The notes under the pieces: generated by a model
Seen by the model: only the letters and a program-made list of their open reading frames with translations
What the model was told of the DNA's origin: nothing
Databases searched by the model: none
Part shown: in pieces, positions 23,739 through 32,968 of the stretch
Position numbering within the stretch: position 1 is the first letter of the stretch
Layout: every line of letters starts with the position of its first letter
Virus record (IMG/VR): IMGVR_UViG_3300037692_000077
Location: 1 to 38,130 of that record
Strand: one strand, 5' to 3'
DNA: 38,130 nucleotides
Source of the DNA: a virus
Taxonomy: Duplodnaviria > Caudoviricetes
Translations under genes and position numbers: made by a program

Positions 23739-26012
23739 TTATCCTAGTCTATTACGCCGTGCATCCCTTTGCTCTAAAACGCCCTCTAATTTGTCGTTAC
23801 CAATTTCAAATCTTACTTTCCCTGAAAAGTCATCCATAAACGCCCCTCTCATATCCGAAGCGCCGGGGGTTGCTGCCTGATAAGATGAGGAAGCCCCGCC
23901 TGAATATCCACCACCTCCACCGGTTGCGCCTGATACCATGCTTCCGGCTGCGGCTGTTGCGGCTGCTCCTAATGCGATTAGAGCAATACCGGCGGCCACG
24001 GCTGCGATTGGGTTTGCTATCATTGCTTTTAATGCAACCGCGGCCTTCCCCATCCCTAGTAACATCACCCCCATTTGCTGCGCCAAACTGCCAAGCGCTT
24101 TTAGCAAGCTAGCCCCTAATCCTTCAAAGTTGCCAGCCCCCATAGCCTCTCCAATTCCTGCAGCGAAATTTCCGATTGTATTAGTGATAGCATCAGACAT
24201 ATCGAGCACCTGCCCCTGCATGCTATCACTCATTCTTTGCATGTCGGCCTTAAGCAAAGCATCATTTAAGCGGGGGGTTAAATCAGGGAGTACTATCTGC
24301 TCCGCGCTCATAAAGTCTTTATTTCTAGCAACCCGCTTAACCCCTTCTTCTACTGCCAAAACCTGCTTCTGTAACTCGGTCATATAGATAATACCGAATT
24401 TCGCACCGTCTATTATCGCTTTTGTTGCCTCTCCCCCTTTTGCTCTTAGCGCTCCAAATCCGTTAGCGGTTGTTATTACTGCTTCGTTGAGACTTGATAC
24501 AGCACTCGTGCTTTCTTCAACCGCCTTTTTAGTCTCAATTATCTCTTTTTTAGGTGGTTGAAACGCTGCGGCCATATTATCCGCGAATCTATCAACCGCC
24601 GCACTCCATTTTTCCAATCCGATAGCCTCTAAAAAGCCTGCAATAGCACGGGCAGCACCTGATACAAAGTTAGTAACGATACGGCCTAGAAAGTTGAATA
24701 TATTCATAAACATATCACCCAAGGCATCTAAAGCCCCTTGCATATCGCCATCGACAATCGCGGCCCAAAAATCTGCAACAGCTTTAAAATTGTCAACCAG
24801 TAATTTAAATACGGCCATTAAATTATCAACTGCCAATTTCCACAACGCCGTCACCCGGTCACCAATTACCGCCCAGACTTGTATTGCAAAGTCTTTGATT
24901 GTGTTGAAAATGGTTTTGATTGACTCCCACAGGCTTAAAGCGGCTTCTTTTACCGTGTCAAACATCCCGCCGCCTTCACCGCCTGAGAAATACTCTTTGA
25001 TAGCATCCCAATTTTTAATAATTAACAGGGCGGCCCCTGCGATGAGGGCAATAGCAATACCGATAGGGCCCGTCATTGTAGTAAATGCCGTTCCAACCAA
25101 AGGCGCTATTGCGATTAATTTACCTAAAACCAAAAGAAACGGGCCAATTGCGGCAACTATTCCACCAACTAATAATACTGTGTTTTTTGCAGCCGGGGAA
25201 AGTCCGTTAAGCCACTCTACCATATCCCCCAGCCTTGTAATAAGGGGTGTAATAACAGGTAAAAGTGCCTCCCCGAATGAAGTTGCTAAATTTTGAGCCT
25301 CCACCGCAAGCGCTCGCATTGAACCACTCGCCCCTTCTGCTTCCCTTGCTGCCTGCCCTTGCGCGGCTCCGGATTGTTCGTAAATTAATGCTAATGTAGC
25401 CGCTTGCTTGGCTGATAGACTCATTTCTTCACCTTGTGAAATAAGCCCCATTTCTAAGGCTTTCGTTTTTACAAGGGCATCATTAACGGCCATACCATAA
25501 TTGTCCAGCATGGTATTATTACCCTTTAAAGAACCCGTTAATGCCCTTACTGCGTCCTGAGTTGAGCCACCAAACATCGCGGTTAAGTCACCGGCTAATT
25601 TAATGAGCGATTGAGCTTGTACGGCGGCCTGTTCTTGTGATAGTTGCCCGATATTAACCAACATCGAGCCCATTACGTTAGCGTACTCTAAAGCCTCCTT
25701 TTTAGCTATCCCGTAGCTAGGGGATAAACTGTTAGCCCAATCTTTTACAGATTCAGCCGAAGCTTTAAAAACTTGGTCTGTAGCCCCTAATGCATCCTCA
25801 AAATCGGCAGCCATTTTAAATGAAGCGCCCCCAGCAGCAACAAAAGCGGCAGAGAACACGCTCAACCTACGGCCCACATTAGAAAAGCTCTCCCCTATCT
25901 CCTTCATTTTTTGAGAGGTAGTGGTAGCTAATTCTTCGGCTGACTTTTGAGATTGCCTTACTGCGCGCTCAAAAGAACTGTTATCCGCTGCTATTATTGC
26001 CGTGAAACTCAT
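23739..26012 (-). CDS. Tape measure protein
   Basis: Ala/Gly-rich helical protein, KNWD.IK and periodic aromatic repeats, position. Confidence 0.93.
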   Translation of the reverse strand: MSFTAIIAADNSSFERAVRQSQKSAEELATTTSQKMKEIGESFSNVGRRLSVFSAAFVAAGGASFKMAADFEDALGATDQVFKASAESVKDWANSLSPSYGIAKKEALEYANVMGSMLVNIGQLSQEQAAVQAQSLIKLAGDLTAMFGGSTQDAVRALTGSLKGNNTMLDNYGMAVNDALVKTKALEMGLISQGEEMSLSAKQAATLALIYEQSGAAQGQAAREAEGASGSMRALAVEAQNLATSFGEALLPVITPLITRLGDMVEWLNGLSPAAKNTVLLVGGIVAAIGPFLLVLGKLIAIAPLVGTAFTTMTGPIGIAIALIAGAALLIIKNWDAIKEYFSGGEGGGMFDTVKEAALSLWESIKTIFNTIKDFAIQVWAVIGDRVTALWKLAVDNLMAVFKLLVDNFKAVADFWAAIVDGDMQGALDALGDMFMNIFNFLGRIVTNFVSGAARAIAGFLEAIGLEKWSAAVDRFADNMAAAFQPPKKEIIETKKAVEESTSAVSSLNEAVITTANGFGALRAKGGEATKAIIDGAKFGIIYMTELQKQVLAVEEGVKRVARNKDFMSAEQIVLPDLTPRLNDALLKADMQRMSDSMQGQVLDMSDAITNTIGNFAAGIGEAMGAGNFEGLGASLLKALGSLAQQMGVMLLGMGKAAVALKAMIANPIAAVAAGIALIALGAAATAAAGSMVSGATGGGGGYSGGASSSYQAATPGASDMRGAFMDDFSGKVRFEIGNDKLEGVLEQRDARRNRLG

Positions 26013-26410
26013 TTGCTTTGCTTTTTAAGTTTTGCCGCTTCGTATTCTTTCATTCGCTGCTCGTATAAGGCTTTCATTTCAGGGGTTACGCGGCTTTTGC
26101 GTTTCTTTCCATCCTTCCCTAAAGGCATATACGCCTCGATGCTTCGGGGTAGTGATTTCGGGTTTAAATGGCTGCCTATCTTTGCCTCGTATGCTATTAA
26201 CCGGGTATGCTTCCATTTCTCACGTTCCATGCGCGCCCAGGCAAAGCATTTGATTAGGTATTCATTCCAAGGCATCGAATAAAAATCATCCATCCTTAGC
26301 CCTAATTCCCCTAAAGCAAAAGAGGTGTGATTTTCGGCGAACCATTCACCAGGTGTTAAGTCCTCTTCTTCAAATTCTGCGGGGTTTTGCTCCCCGCCTT
26401 TACGTTTTTT
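26009..26410 (-). CDS. Tail assembly chaperone GT extension (-1 frame)
   Basis: The -1 frame is open from the slippery site: RKGGEQNPAEFEEEDLTPGEWFAENHTSFALGELGLRMDDFYSMPW... Confidence 0.85.
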   Translation of the reverse strand, partial: KKRKGGEQNPAEFEEEDLTPGEWFAENHTSFALGELGLRMDDFYSMPWNEYLIKCFAWARMEREKWKHTRLIAYEAKIGSHLNPKSLPRSIEAYMPLGKDGKKRKSRVTPEMKALYEQRMKEYEAAKLKKQSK

Positions 26411-26721
26411 GGCACGCCCTCGGTCATTTGTTTAGTGAATAACTGTATCATTTCTGTCACCTTTTCACTAAATAGGCCGCCTTCAACCTCATCTAGCCAG
26501 TCATAAATCAGATTCAACGATACGTTTTCGCCTTTGCGTTCCGGAGAAGCGTTCAAAGCACCGTAATAGATGATTTTTGGTATGATATCGGCAGGATTTT
26601 CCGTCATTCTTTCCTGCATATCGGTCAATTTAATGCCGTCATCCGCAATACACTTCAGCACATAAGTACCAAAGCGCACCGGGATAATTTGGCCTTTAAA
26701 CTCAATATTTGTTTCGTACAT
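26356..26721 (-). CDS. Tail assembly chaperone G
   Basis: Between tail tube and tape measure; VRFGT; ends ...GVPKN. Confidence 0.85.
   Translation of the reverse strand: MYETNIEFKGQIIPVRFGTYVLKCIADDGIKLTDMQERMTENPADIIPKIIYYGALNASPERKGENVSLNLIYDWLDEVEGGLFSEKVTEMIQLFTKQMTEGVPKNVKAGSKTPQNLKKRT
26379..26410 (-). other. Programmed -1 ribosomal frameshift signal
   Basis: A AAA AAC heptamer (26404..26410), 6-nt spacer, GCGGGG-N7-CCCCGC hairpin. Confidence 0.88.
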
Positions 26722-26739
26722 TTAGTTAGTTTTTAAAGA

Positions 26740-27171
26740 TTAAACGCCTGAATTTGGATCCACATCGGCAAAAGGCTGGTCTACTCTCAGCGTAAAGCTA
26801 AAAGTAGCATCTTCACCGGCAGTGAAGCTGTCAGACAAGGCAGTGATAACCCCGTCGAAATATTTCGGCTCTCCACGGCCTTCAAGCTTAAATGTAGCCG
26901 CTTCTTTGGCTTCCATCAAAACGTCGATATCATCATAAGATGATTGAGCGGTTGCAACGTCGTCCATTACTTCAGCTTCTACTGACACCTCACGACTAAT
27001 AGTGTCCACTTTTGCGGTAGGTACACCCTCAGTGCAATAGTTCACTTTTTCGATGATTTCAGCGGTCTTTGACACGCTGGTTGAAGTTATACAAACAACT
27101 GGCTTGTACTCACTTGCTGTATCATCATACACAGATAATAGGCCGGTGTGACCTTTTACATTAATTGCCAT
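26740..27171 (-). CDS. Major tail (tube) protein
   Basis: C.TSTS, acidic, YFDG.ITALS.....GE.ATFSFTL; position. Confidence 0.85.
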   Translation of the reverse strand: MAINVKGHTGLLSVYDDTASEYKPVVCITSTSVSKTAEIIEKVNYCTEGVPTAKVDTISREVSVEAEVMDDVATAQSSYDDIDVLMEAKEAATFKLEGRGEPKYFDGVITALSDSFTAGEDATFSFTLRVDQPFADVDPNSGV

Positions 27172-27604
27172 TTTTGATAAAATTTAGAATTAATACTTTA
27201 GAAAATGCTGTATTGGTACTTGATTGTTCTGATATTGATTGTGCTGTAATTAGCTGAATTTCTTTAATGCCGTCGATTAACGAGGTACCGCGCTCGTCAC
27301 GGATTAACTCTAATATTACCCGGCCAATGTCCTCAGATAGCTTCTTTTTACCTACAACACCCCAAGTTGTTACCACCCGAACGGTAAGACTGCAATCAAA
27401 GCGGGGTGAGCAGAATGTCTGAATAGCGCTGTCCTGTTCTTGCTGATCTTGAAGCAGAACATACACCTCATTTGCGCCATCAACGGAGGGGATATTAACG
27501 CCCGGGTTAACTACCTCGTCAAATACGGGGATAGTCACGCCTAAGTGCTGAAAACCTGCTAAGGCTGTGAAGACTTTCCCCCTTATGTATGTAGCGTTAT
27601 CCAT
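27161..27604 (-). CDS. Tail terminator/completion protein
   Basis: Position; PVFDE...YVLL pattern. Confidence 0.7.
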   Translation of the reverse strand: MDNATYIRGKVFTALAGFQHLGVTIPVFDEVVNPGVNIPSVDGANEVYVLLQDQQEQDSAIQTFCSPRFDCSLTVRVVTTWGVVGKKKLSEDIGRVILELIRDERGTSLIDGIKEIQLITAQSISEQSSTNTAFSKVLILNFIKNGN

Positions 27605-28019
27605 TGATTATTTTATTTAATTCTTTTTCAAATATAGCGAAATTTCGCAACACGGCGGGATATAAATATGGCTTTCCTTTTAATGTGCCTTTACCGTTGA
27701 CATAGAACTGTTTGGCTATATCTTTTATCCACTTTGGATATGGTGCCAATATTTGAGCGGCTGAAAGTCCGGTGCCGAACTCAAAGTAAGCAGCCAGTTT
27801 GTTTTCTCCCATCACGCCAATTTCGGCGGTATATCCTTTGTTGAATATTTTCTTGTCAATATTGATAAAATTACCCCCTTTTTGACCAGCGGGGGCGCGT
27901 CTGGTCGCTTCTATTTCGATAGCAACAGCAGTATCAGCGATTGAGCGGCGAACCTTTTTATTCGTTTCGTCACCGTACTTTTTTAAATCGGCTGTTAATG
28001 TGCTGTTGACGCGTGCCAT
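27597..28019 (-). CDS. HK97 gp10-like tail completion protein
   Basis: A.RRAP, AAYFEFGT, KPYLYPA. Confidence 0.85.
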   Translation of the reverse strand: MARVNSTLTADLKKYGDETNKKVRRSIADTAVAIEIEATRRAPAGQKGGNFINIDKKIFNKGYTAEIGVMGENKLAAYFEFGTGLSAAQILAPYPKWIKDIAKQFYVNGKGTLKGKPYLYPAVLRNFAIFEKELNKIING

Positions 28020-28023
28020 TTTA

Positions 28024-28353
28024 TTATTGTTTTGCTGTTATATCAAATACCCATTCTTTCTGATAGCGGACACTTTCCACCACAGGGGCATTGATTATTC
28101 GGTAGTTTTGGCCCTTCCAAATTACTATGTTTTGAACTGAAGGGGTAAAACCGGAACGAGCCTTAACACCTACCCGGTAAGTGGTCGGTAGCTGCAATTG
28201 TGCCTGCTCAATATTGCCCGATATTTTCAGTTGCTTAATCCTTGCACGGGTCTCAAGTTGCACAGTCATAACAGGATTATAACCGCCGTAACCGTCCGAC
28301 TCTTGCCCTCCGCTGGCAAATTGTATTTTTTGGTCGTATAGTCCTATTTTCAT
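28024..28353 (-). CDS. Head closure/head-tail adaptor
   Basis: IG.YDQKI.F.....SDGYGG, I.WKG..YRI. Confidence 0.85.
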   Translation of the reverse strand: MKIGLYDQKIQFASGGQESDGYGGYNPVMTVQLETRARIKQLKISGNIEQAQLQLPTTYRVGVKARSGFTPSVQNIVIWKGQNYRIINAPVVESVRYQKEWVFDITAKQ

Positions 28354-28356
28354 GGC

Positions 28357-28617
28357 CTAAAACATTGGGGAAACTGAATATCTCCGGTACGTATTAAAGG
28401 CGCTTAAACTGCCTGTGCTGGCTTCACCTCTATTCTGGTAAAATACGGCAATGTCATCCAGCATAGCGCCTTGTATTTCTGCATTATCTAATGTTTCTAA
28501 ACCTGAAACACTTTTAGCCCTTGCTTCCACACGTGCGATTAACTCAATCAACAAATCGTTATCGTCATTATCGCTATCATCAATTGCCAAGTGGTTTTTT
28601 ACTTCCTGTAGTGTCAT
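28357..28617 (-). CDS. Head-tail connector (HK97 gp6-like)
   Basis: TLQEVKNHLAID....D.LL..LI...A.L..IA.FYQNR. Confidence 0.9.
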   Translation of the reverse strand: MTLQEVKNHLAIDDSDNDDNDLLIELIARVEARAKSVSGLETLDNAEIQGAMLDDIAVFYQNRGEASTGSLSAFNTYRRYSVSPMF

Positions 28618-28835
28618 TTATTCAGCTTTTTATATTTACGCTTTTTGGTTGCCTGTTTGGTTGTAGGTGTTTTTTCGACTGCCTGTTTTGGCTCGCCATA
28701 GTTGGATGTGTCTACTTTTTCAGTCACGTAAAAACCTGCGCCAATACTTACAAAATAATTGGCACGGTCATACGGCAAATCATAAACCTCATTCTTTTTG
28801 CACTCTCCTACTGATTTTAACATCTGTACTTTCAT
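28614..28835 (-). CDS. Small head-associated hypothetical protein
   Basis: MKVQML......EVYDLP..RA.YFV..G pattern directly after the capsid gene. Confidence 0.7.
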   Translation of the reverse strand: MKVQMLKSVGECKKNEVYDLPYDRANYFVSIGAGFYVTEKVDTSNYGEPKQAVEKTPTTKQATKKRKYKKLNK

Positions 28836-28848
28836 AATTCTTGGTATT

Positions 28849-28880
28849 AAAAAAGGGATGGGCGAATACCCACCCCTTTT
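28849..28880 (-). terminator. Rho-independent terminator after the capsid gene
   Basis: AAAAGGGGTGGG-TATTCG-CCCATCCCTTTT with U-tract. Confidence 0.85.
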
Positions 28881-28900
28881 AAGTTTATGCCTCGATATGC

Positions 28901-30148
28901 TTACTCAACAGGTGCAACGTAGGTACCTGTGATAATAGCGTCATTGTTGAACACGGCCATAGACACGCGCTCCTCAATCCGGAACATTACCTTGTTCACC
29001 TTGGCAAGGGCGGCATCTTCGAACAAACGAATCTCCGGTGCCATTCTGCGCAAGAACATGGTTGCGTTTTTGTCGAACACAAGGAAATCGTTTTTGTCAA
29101 TACTGGTAGTGGCTACAGTGTCCAAGCCTGCAATTGACAATTTGCCATTTGCAAAGGCCACGCTGCCTTGTGGGAGGTCATACTCACCTGATCCGCTTGA
29201 CTTATTCAGGCCGATTTTAACCGCGTCACGTGGGTTTAGTACCGCGTTGGTAGGTACATAAAAATCGTTAGTTCCTTCAACGATTTGACCGAAACCACCG
29301 TCGATAATCATATCAACAAGCTCGGTATAATCACCGTCGTAAGCAGTAGCAGAATCCAATAGACCAACCACAGGGTTAGTATCAGAAGTGCCGTTCAATA
29401 CGAAATTGTTTTCGGCAGTTTTCAGGCTGATCAACAATTTTTGCTGCAAATAAGAGGTCAACCAAGGGATATCATCCAACATCTCACGGTCAACGATAAC
29501 GAAACCAGCCAACCACTTAAAGAATGCAGTTTGCGATGTCATGTCGTAGTCTACCTGAGCCTTGTCCCCGGTTCCATCCCAATGAGCCACAGCACCTTCG
29601 CCGCCATTCTCCTTCGGATAAATCACGCTGTTTGCGGTTGATGTCGCACTAGGCAACAGGTCAGCCAACCAAACGCGGTTATAAGGATTCCAGATAAGAC
29701 CTGGGTTCACTTGCTGGATGAAAGGAGTGGCACCGGTAAAGTTGGCGGCAATACTCATATCACCAACGGCCTTTAATGTCATCTGAACTTCGGGAGAACC
29801 TTTTTTGGATGCAAATGCTTTTATTGCGGCTTCGTTGGCTGCAATTGCATCGGCCAGGTGATCGTTAAAGGCTTTTTCAGTCTTACCGTTTCCGGAAGTT
29901 TGCTTCATTTCCTTCAACGTGGCTTGCAATTCAGAAAGCGACTTTTTGAACTCGGCAGAAACCTTTTCAGCCTCTTCTTTGGTGGTCACCCCTTCGAACT
30001 TGGCGGTAATTTCTGCAACTTTGGCATCAATCAACTCCTGTGCTGACTTTTGGGCCGCCTCGGTAGCGGTCTTTTTGACACTTTCTAAAGCCTCCTTTTT
30101 GGCTTTGGCTGCGGCCTCTTCGGCTGCTTTTTTTTCTTCTTCTGTCAT
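28901..30148 (-). CDS. Major capsid protein, HK97 fold with N-terminal delta/scaffold domain
   Basis: Coiled-coil N-terminus, REMLDD, VLNG, VLNP.D, N.V.FRIEER. Confidence 0.95.
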   Translation of the reverse strand: MTEEEKKAAEEAAAKAKKEALESVKKTATEAAQKSAQELIDAKVAEITAKFEGVTTKEEAEKVSAEFKKSLSELQATLKEMKQTSGNGKTEKAFNDHLADAIAANEAAIKAFASKKGSPEVQMTLKAVGDMSIAANFTGATPFIQQVNPGLIWNPYNRVWLADLLPSATSTANSVIYPKENGGEGAVAHWDGTGDKAQVDYDMTSQTAFFKWLAGFVIVDREMLDDIPWLTSYLQQKLLISLKTAENNFVLNGTSDTNPVVGLLDSATAYDGDYTELVDMIIDGGFGQIVEGTNDFYVPTNAVLNPRDAVKIGLNKSSGSGEYDLPQGSVAFANGKLSIAGLDTVATTSIDKNDFLVFDKNATMFLRRMAPEIRLFEDAALAKVNKVMFRIEERVSMAVFNNDAIITGTYVAPVE

Positions 30149-30152
30149 GATT

Positions 30153-30827
30153 TTAGGTGTAAAGTTCGTAAATACTTTTTATTATCTGCGACGGCTCTTC
30201 TGCCTGAGTGGTGCGACTAGTGTCGTCCGGCTCGTGGTCTTTGAGTGTCAAAAATTGTTCTAATGATTTTTTAATTGAATCGGAAAAACCTCTCTCATCG
30301 TAAGCCTTCTCTATTACCTTCCAGAACTCCGCCTGTGTGGGCTCGGTTAGGGCTTTAATTGATTTGATAGCGGTAACAAGCGATAAACTGTTTGCCGGGT
30401 CGTTAGTGGTTAATACGGATATTTCTTTAAGCCTATATTCTGCCACTTCGGATTTGTTTTTTTCATTGCGTTTAGTGATCCACCCCCCTATGCTCATGCC
30501 GCTTTCAAATCCATTTTGCGATAAGAATTTAACCTCATGAAAAGCATTACGGCCTCCTTCGGTATCCATTAACATTTTGGCAGTCATTCCTAATCCGTAG
30601 GTGTCCGACAAATCAAATTCGGTGGGCACCCCTACTAATTCGGGGTGGTGATTTTTGAATATCTTAATTTTTCGGCCCCGTTCGGTCACTGTTTTAGCGA
30701 AAGACCCGTACAAAGAAATGTCACCGTCCGAATCTTTGACGTTGTACACATTAGCATAACCTTTGATTATGCCGGTGGCCTCATCAATATCGCTGACCTC
30801 TGTTATGTTTTTTACTACTTCTTCCAT
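30153..30827 (-). CDS. HK97-family prohead protease
   Basis: IKGYANVYN.KDS.GD...G.F, NH, GMSIG, LKEISVL..PAN. Confidence 0.93.
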   Translation of the reverse strand: MEEVVKNITEVSDIDEATGIIKGYANVYNVKDSDGDISLYGSFAKTVTERGRKIKIFKNHHPELVGVPTEFDLSDTYGLGMTAKMLMDTEGGRNAFHEVKFLSQNGFESGMSIGGWITKRNEKNKSEVAEYRLKEISVLTTNDPANSLSLVTAIKSIKALTEPTQAEFWKVIEKAYDERGFSDSIKKSLEQFLTLKDHEPDDTSRTTQAEEPSQIIKSIYELYT

Positions 30828-30837
30828 GGCATTAAAA

Positions 30838-31581
30838 TTAATCGTCTAAAGGTAAATAAACAATTTGACAACCGCAATTTATTACGTTTCCGGCGCTTGC
30901 TGAAGGGTCGTGTGGGTATTGCATCTCATCTGTAATTCCAGTATTTGGGTCTGTCACGATAAATGGTGAATCTTTCGGTATCGGTACGCCTGTATCCAAA
31001 TATTGATGCCAGTCGCGCGGGTTCTTACTACCTCTGTTAATCCAGATCTTACCTTGTCGGTCGCCGCTTTCTGCTTCCCATTCGTCCGAACTTTTCGCTT
31101 TTGCCACGTTAATAGCCTCGCCTGCTTCGGTTCTGCCTATCATTCGCGCCCTTGCACGACCGGCGGCACCATTCATTGCTCTATCAACCCGGTTGGCTAT
31201 CTCTGTAATAGTTTCACCGGCTGCAACGGCGTCAGTGGTAACCTTTGCTATTTCGGCCCGGGTGGTATTGTCGATATTCGTTATTTTATCCGCTAATTCG
31301 CCTTGTATGTACTGCTTTGTCCATAATTGCCATGGGATAAAAAAACGGTCTCTTTTTGTGATATTTCCCCGCTCAAATTGTTGCCATTGGCGCTGTAATC
31401 CATCCAACAAAAAGCGCTCATACAATTCTGATAATGTGGCTTGCATTGCATTACCAATGTCGCCAGTTTCCTTCCAACTTTCGAACTGAACCTTTAGCGC
31501 TTGCCGTATGCGAGTAGTAAACAGGCGTTCCATTTGTGCCTGCCTCCTGGTCTCAATTTGTATGTAGCGGCTTAATTTCAT
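30838..31581 (-). CDS. MuF-like minor head morphogenesis protein
   Basis: RARMIGRTE, KIW......R.WH, MQYPHDP.ASA.NVINCGC. Confidence 0.9.
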   Translation of the reverse strand: MKLSRYIQIETRRQAQMERLFTTRIRQALKVQFESWKETGDIGNAMQATLSELYERFLLDGLQRQWQQFERGNITKRDRFFIPWQLWTKQYIQGELADKITNIDNTTRAEIAKVTTDAVAAGETITEIANRVDRAMNGAAGRARARMIGRTEAGEAINVAKAKSSDEWEAESGDRQGKIWINRGSKNPRDWHQYLDTGVPIPKDSPFIVTDPNTGITDEMQYPHDPSASAGNVINCGCQIVYLPLDD

Positions 31582-32906
31582 ATCCCGTCAAAATTTACGT
31601 CGTAATCTGATAAAGGGATTTGGCCCTGTGCAATAAAGACCTGGTTTGCGTACTCTTCGGATAGTTCGTCACTGCCTAACATTACGCGAACCTCATTAAT
31701 AGTGTGAGTTTTTAAAAGCGCATCGGTCTGGTCAACTGATAGCCTCAACTCTTCGTATGCGCTAATGTCGTAATCAATAAGATAATTACGCTTGTCGCGC
31801 TTTCTGAAGGGCTCAACTAGCCAGCTGTTTAATTTGTCTTCTTTAGCACTTAAATAAGGCAAAATAACCTCTTTAATGAATCGCTTTCCGGCCTCGTTTT
31901 GATTTGCGTATGTTGGGTCTGGATTAAATAAGTCGGCAGGGACACCCCATAAATCGCAGAGATTGACTTTAGCAAATTTAAGCCCTTCGATAATGTTCAG
32001 GGCATCGGGTGATAGTCCGATGTGAGTGTATTGCAAAGGCATGCCAGAAACCACAATCTTATTCTTATTTTCAGCCCCTTGTATTTTCTCTGATACCTTC
32101 GTTTCAGTGCTGGTAACTTGGTCAGGTGTTAGCCACAATTCCGGGTTCGGGTGATTAGGCGAAATTAATCCTTTTGCGCCTTCGTTTTCAACTGATTTAA
32201 TCCATGAAAGTATGGCGCTGTCATCTAATTGCAGGTATTTAAGCCCTGCCGTTAATGGCGATAATCCCCTAAAATGCGTAAACTTATTATCAAACAAAGG
32301 ATTTGCCATCTTCAGGTGCATAACATCCTTCATTTCTTCGTACATCCATGTACGGTAATAACCATTCATTAAATCCAACTGCCATCCGACCAGTTTACCA
32401 CCATCCACTATTGCGGTCATAAGGTGAGCGGGTGCGATATTCACCTCTAATGCACAATTATCATCCCCGGAATCCCGGTACAAAAACGCCTCGCCCTGTG
32501 CAAAGTAAAATATATCCAATAACGCGCTTAACTCCCGCCATGTCTGATTAGGGCTTGGATTTACTAATAATTTTGTGAGGTCTAATGTTTCAGGAGCGTA
32601 TGTCAGTGCTTTGCTTACTTCCATTCGGTGCCGGGCGGCTCCTTCTGGCGTGTCTCGCATTGATTTGGTGGTTGCCAGCCTGTGCGATTTAACGCCCTCT
32701 TTGTCAATGTAAACGTAAGGGGTCGCAACGCTTGACTTGTCTGTAATTTTCTTGATTATCGAATATACTTCAGCATTCCCAGCATACCCCTTTTTCACGA
32801 AGTCTTCACGGTCGTAATCATAAACGACAACAGGGGCACCCCCTACGAAATAGGACACCCCAACTGTGGATTTTTGCGTCTTTTCAGCCTTTTTAAACCA
32901 CCTCAT
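31578..32906 (-). CDS. Portal protein (HK97-like)
   Basis: VYSII, LLVNP.P.Q, GEAF, GLSPL, LC..WGVP, TINEVR. Confidence 0.95.
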   Translation of the reverse strand: MRWFKKAEKTQKSTVGVSYFVGGAPVVVYDYDREDFVKKGYAGNAEVYSIIKKITDKSSVATPYVYIDKEGVKSHRLATTKSMRDTPEGAARHRMEVSKALTYAPETLDLTKLLVNPSPNQTWRELSALLDIFYFAQGEAFLYRDSGDDNCALEVNIAPAHLMTAIVDGGKLVGWQLDLMNGYYRTWMYEEMKDVMHLKMANPLFDNKFTHFRGLSPLTAGLKYLQLDDSAILSWIKSVENEGAKGLISPNHPNPELWLTPDQVTSTETKVSEKIQGAENKNKIVVSGMPLQYTHIGLSPDALNIIEGLKFAKVNLCDLWGVPADLFNPDPTYANQNEAGKRFIKEVILPYLSAKEDKLNSWLVEPFRKRDKRNYLIDYDISAYEELRLSVDQTDALLKTHTINEVRVMLGSDELSEEYANQVFIAQGQIPLSDYDVNFDGI

Positions 32907-32928
32907 ATATTTATTTCTTTGATTGCGA

Positions 32929-32959
32929 TAAAATTACAAAACAATTTTCATAAAACAAT
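32929..32959 (-). promoter_or_regulatory. Putative promoter upstream of portal
   Basis: ATTG-N19-TAATTTTA. Confidence 0.45.
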
Positions 32960-32968
32960 AACATTTTT

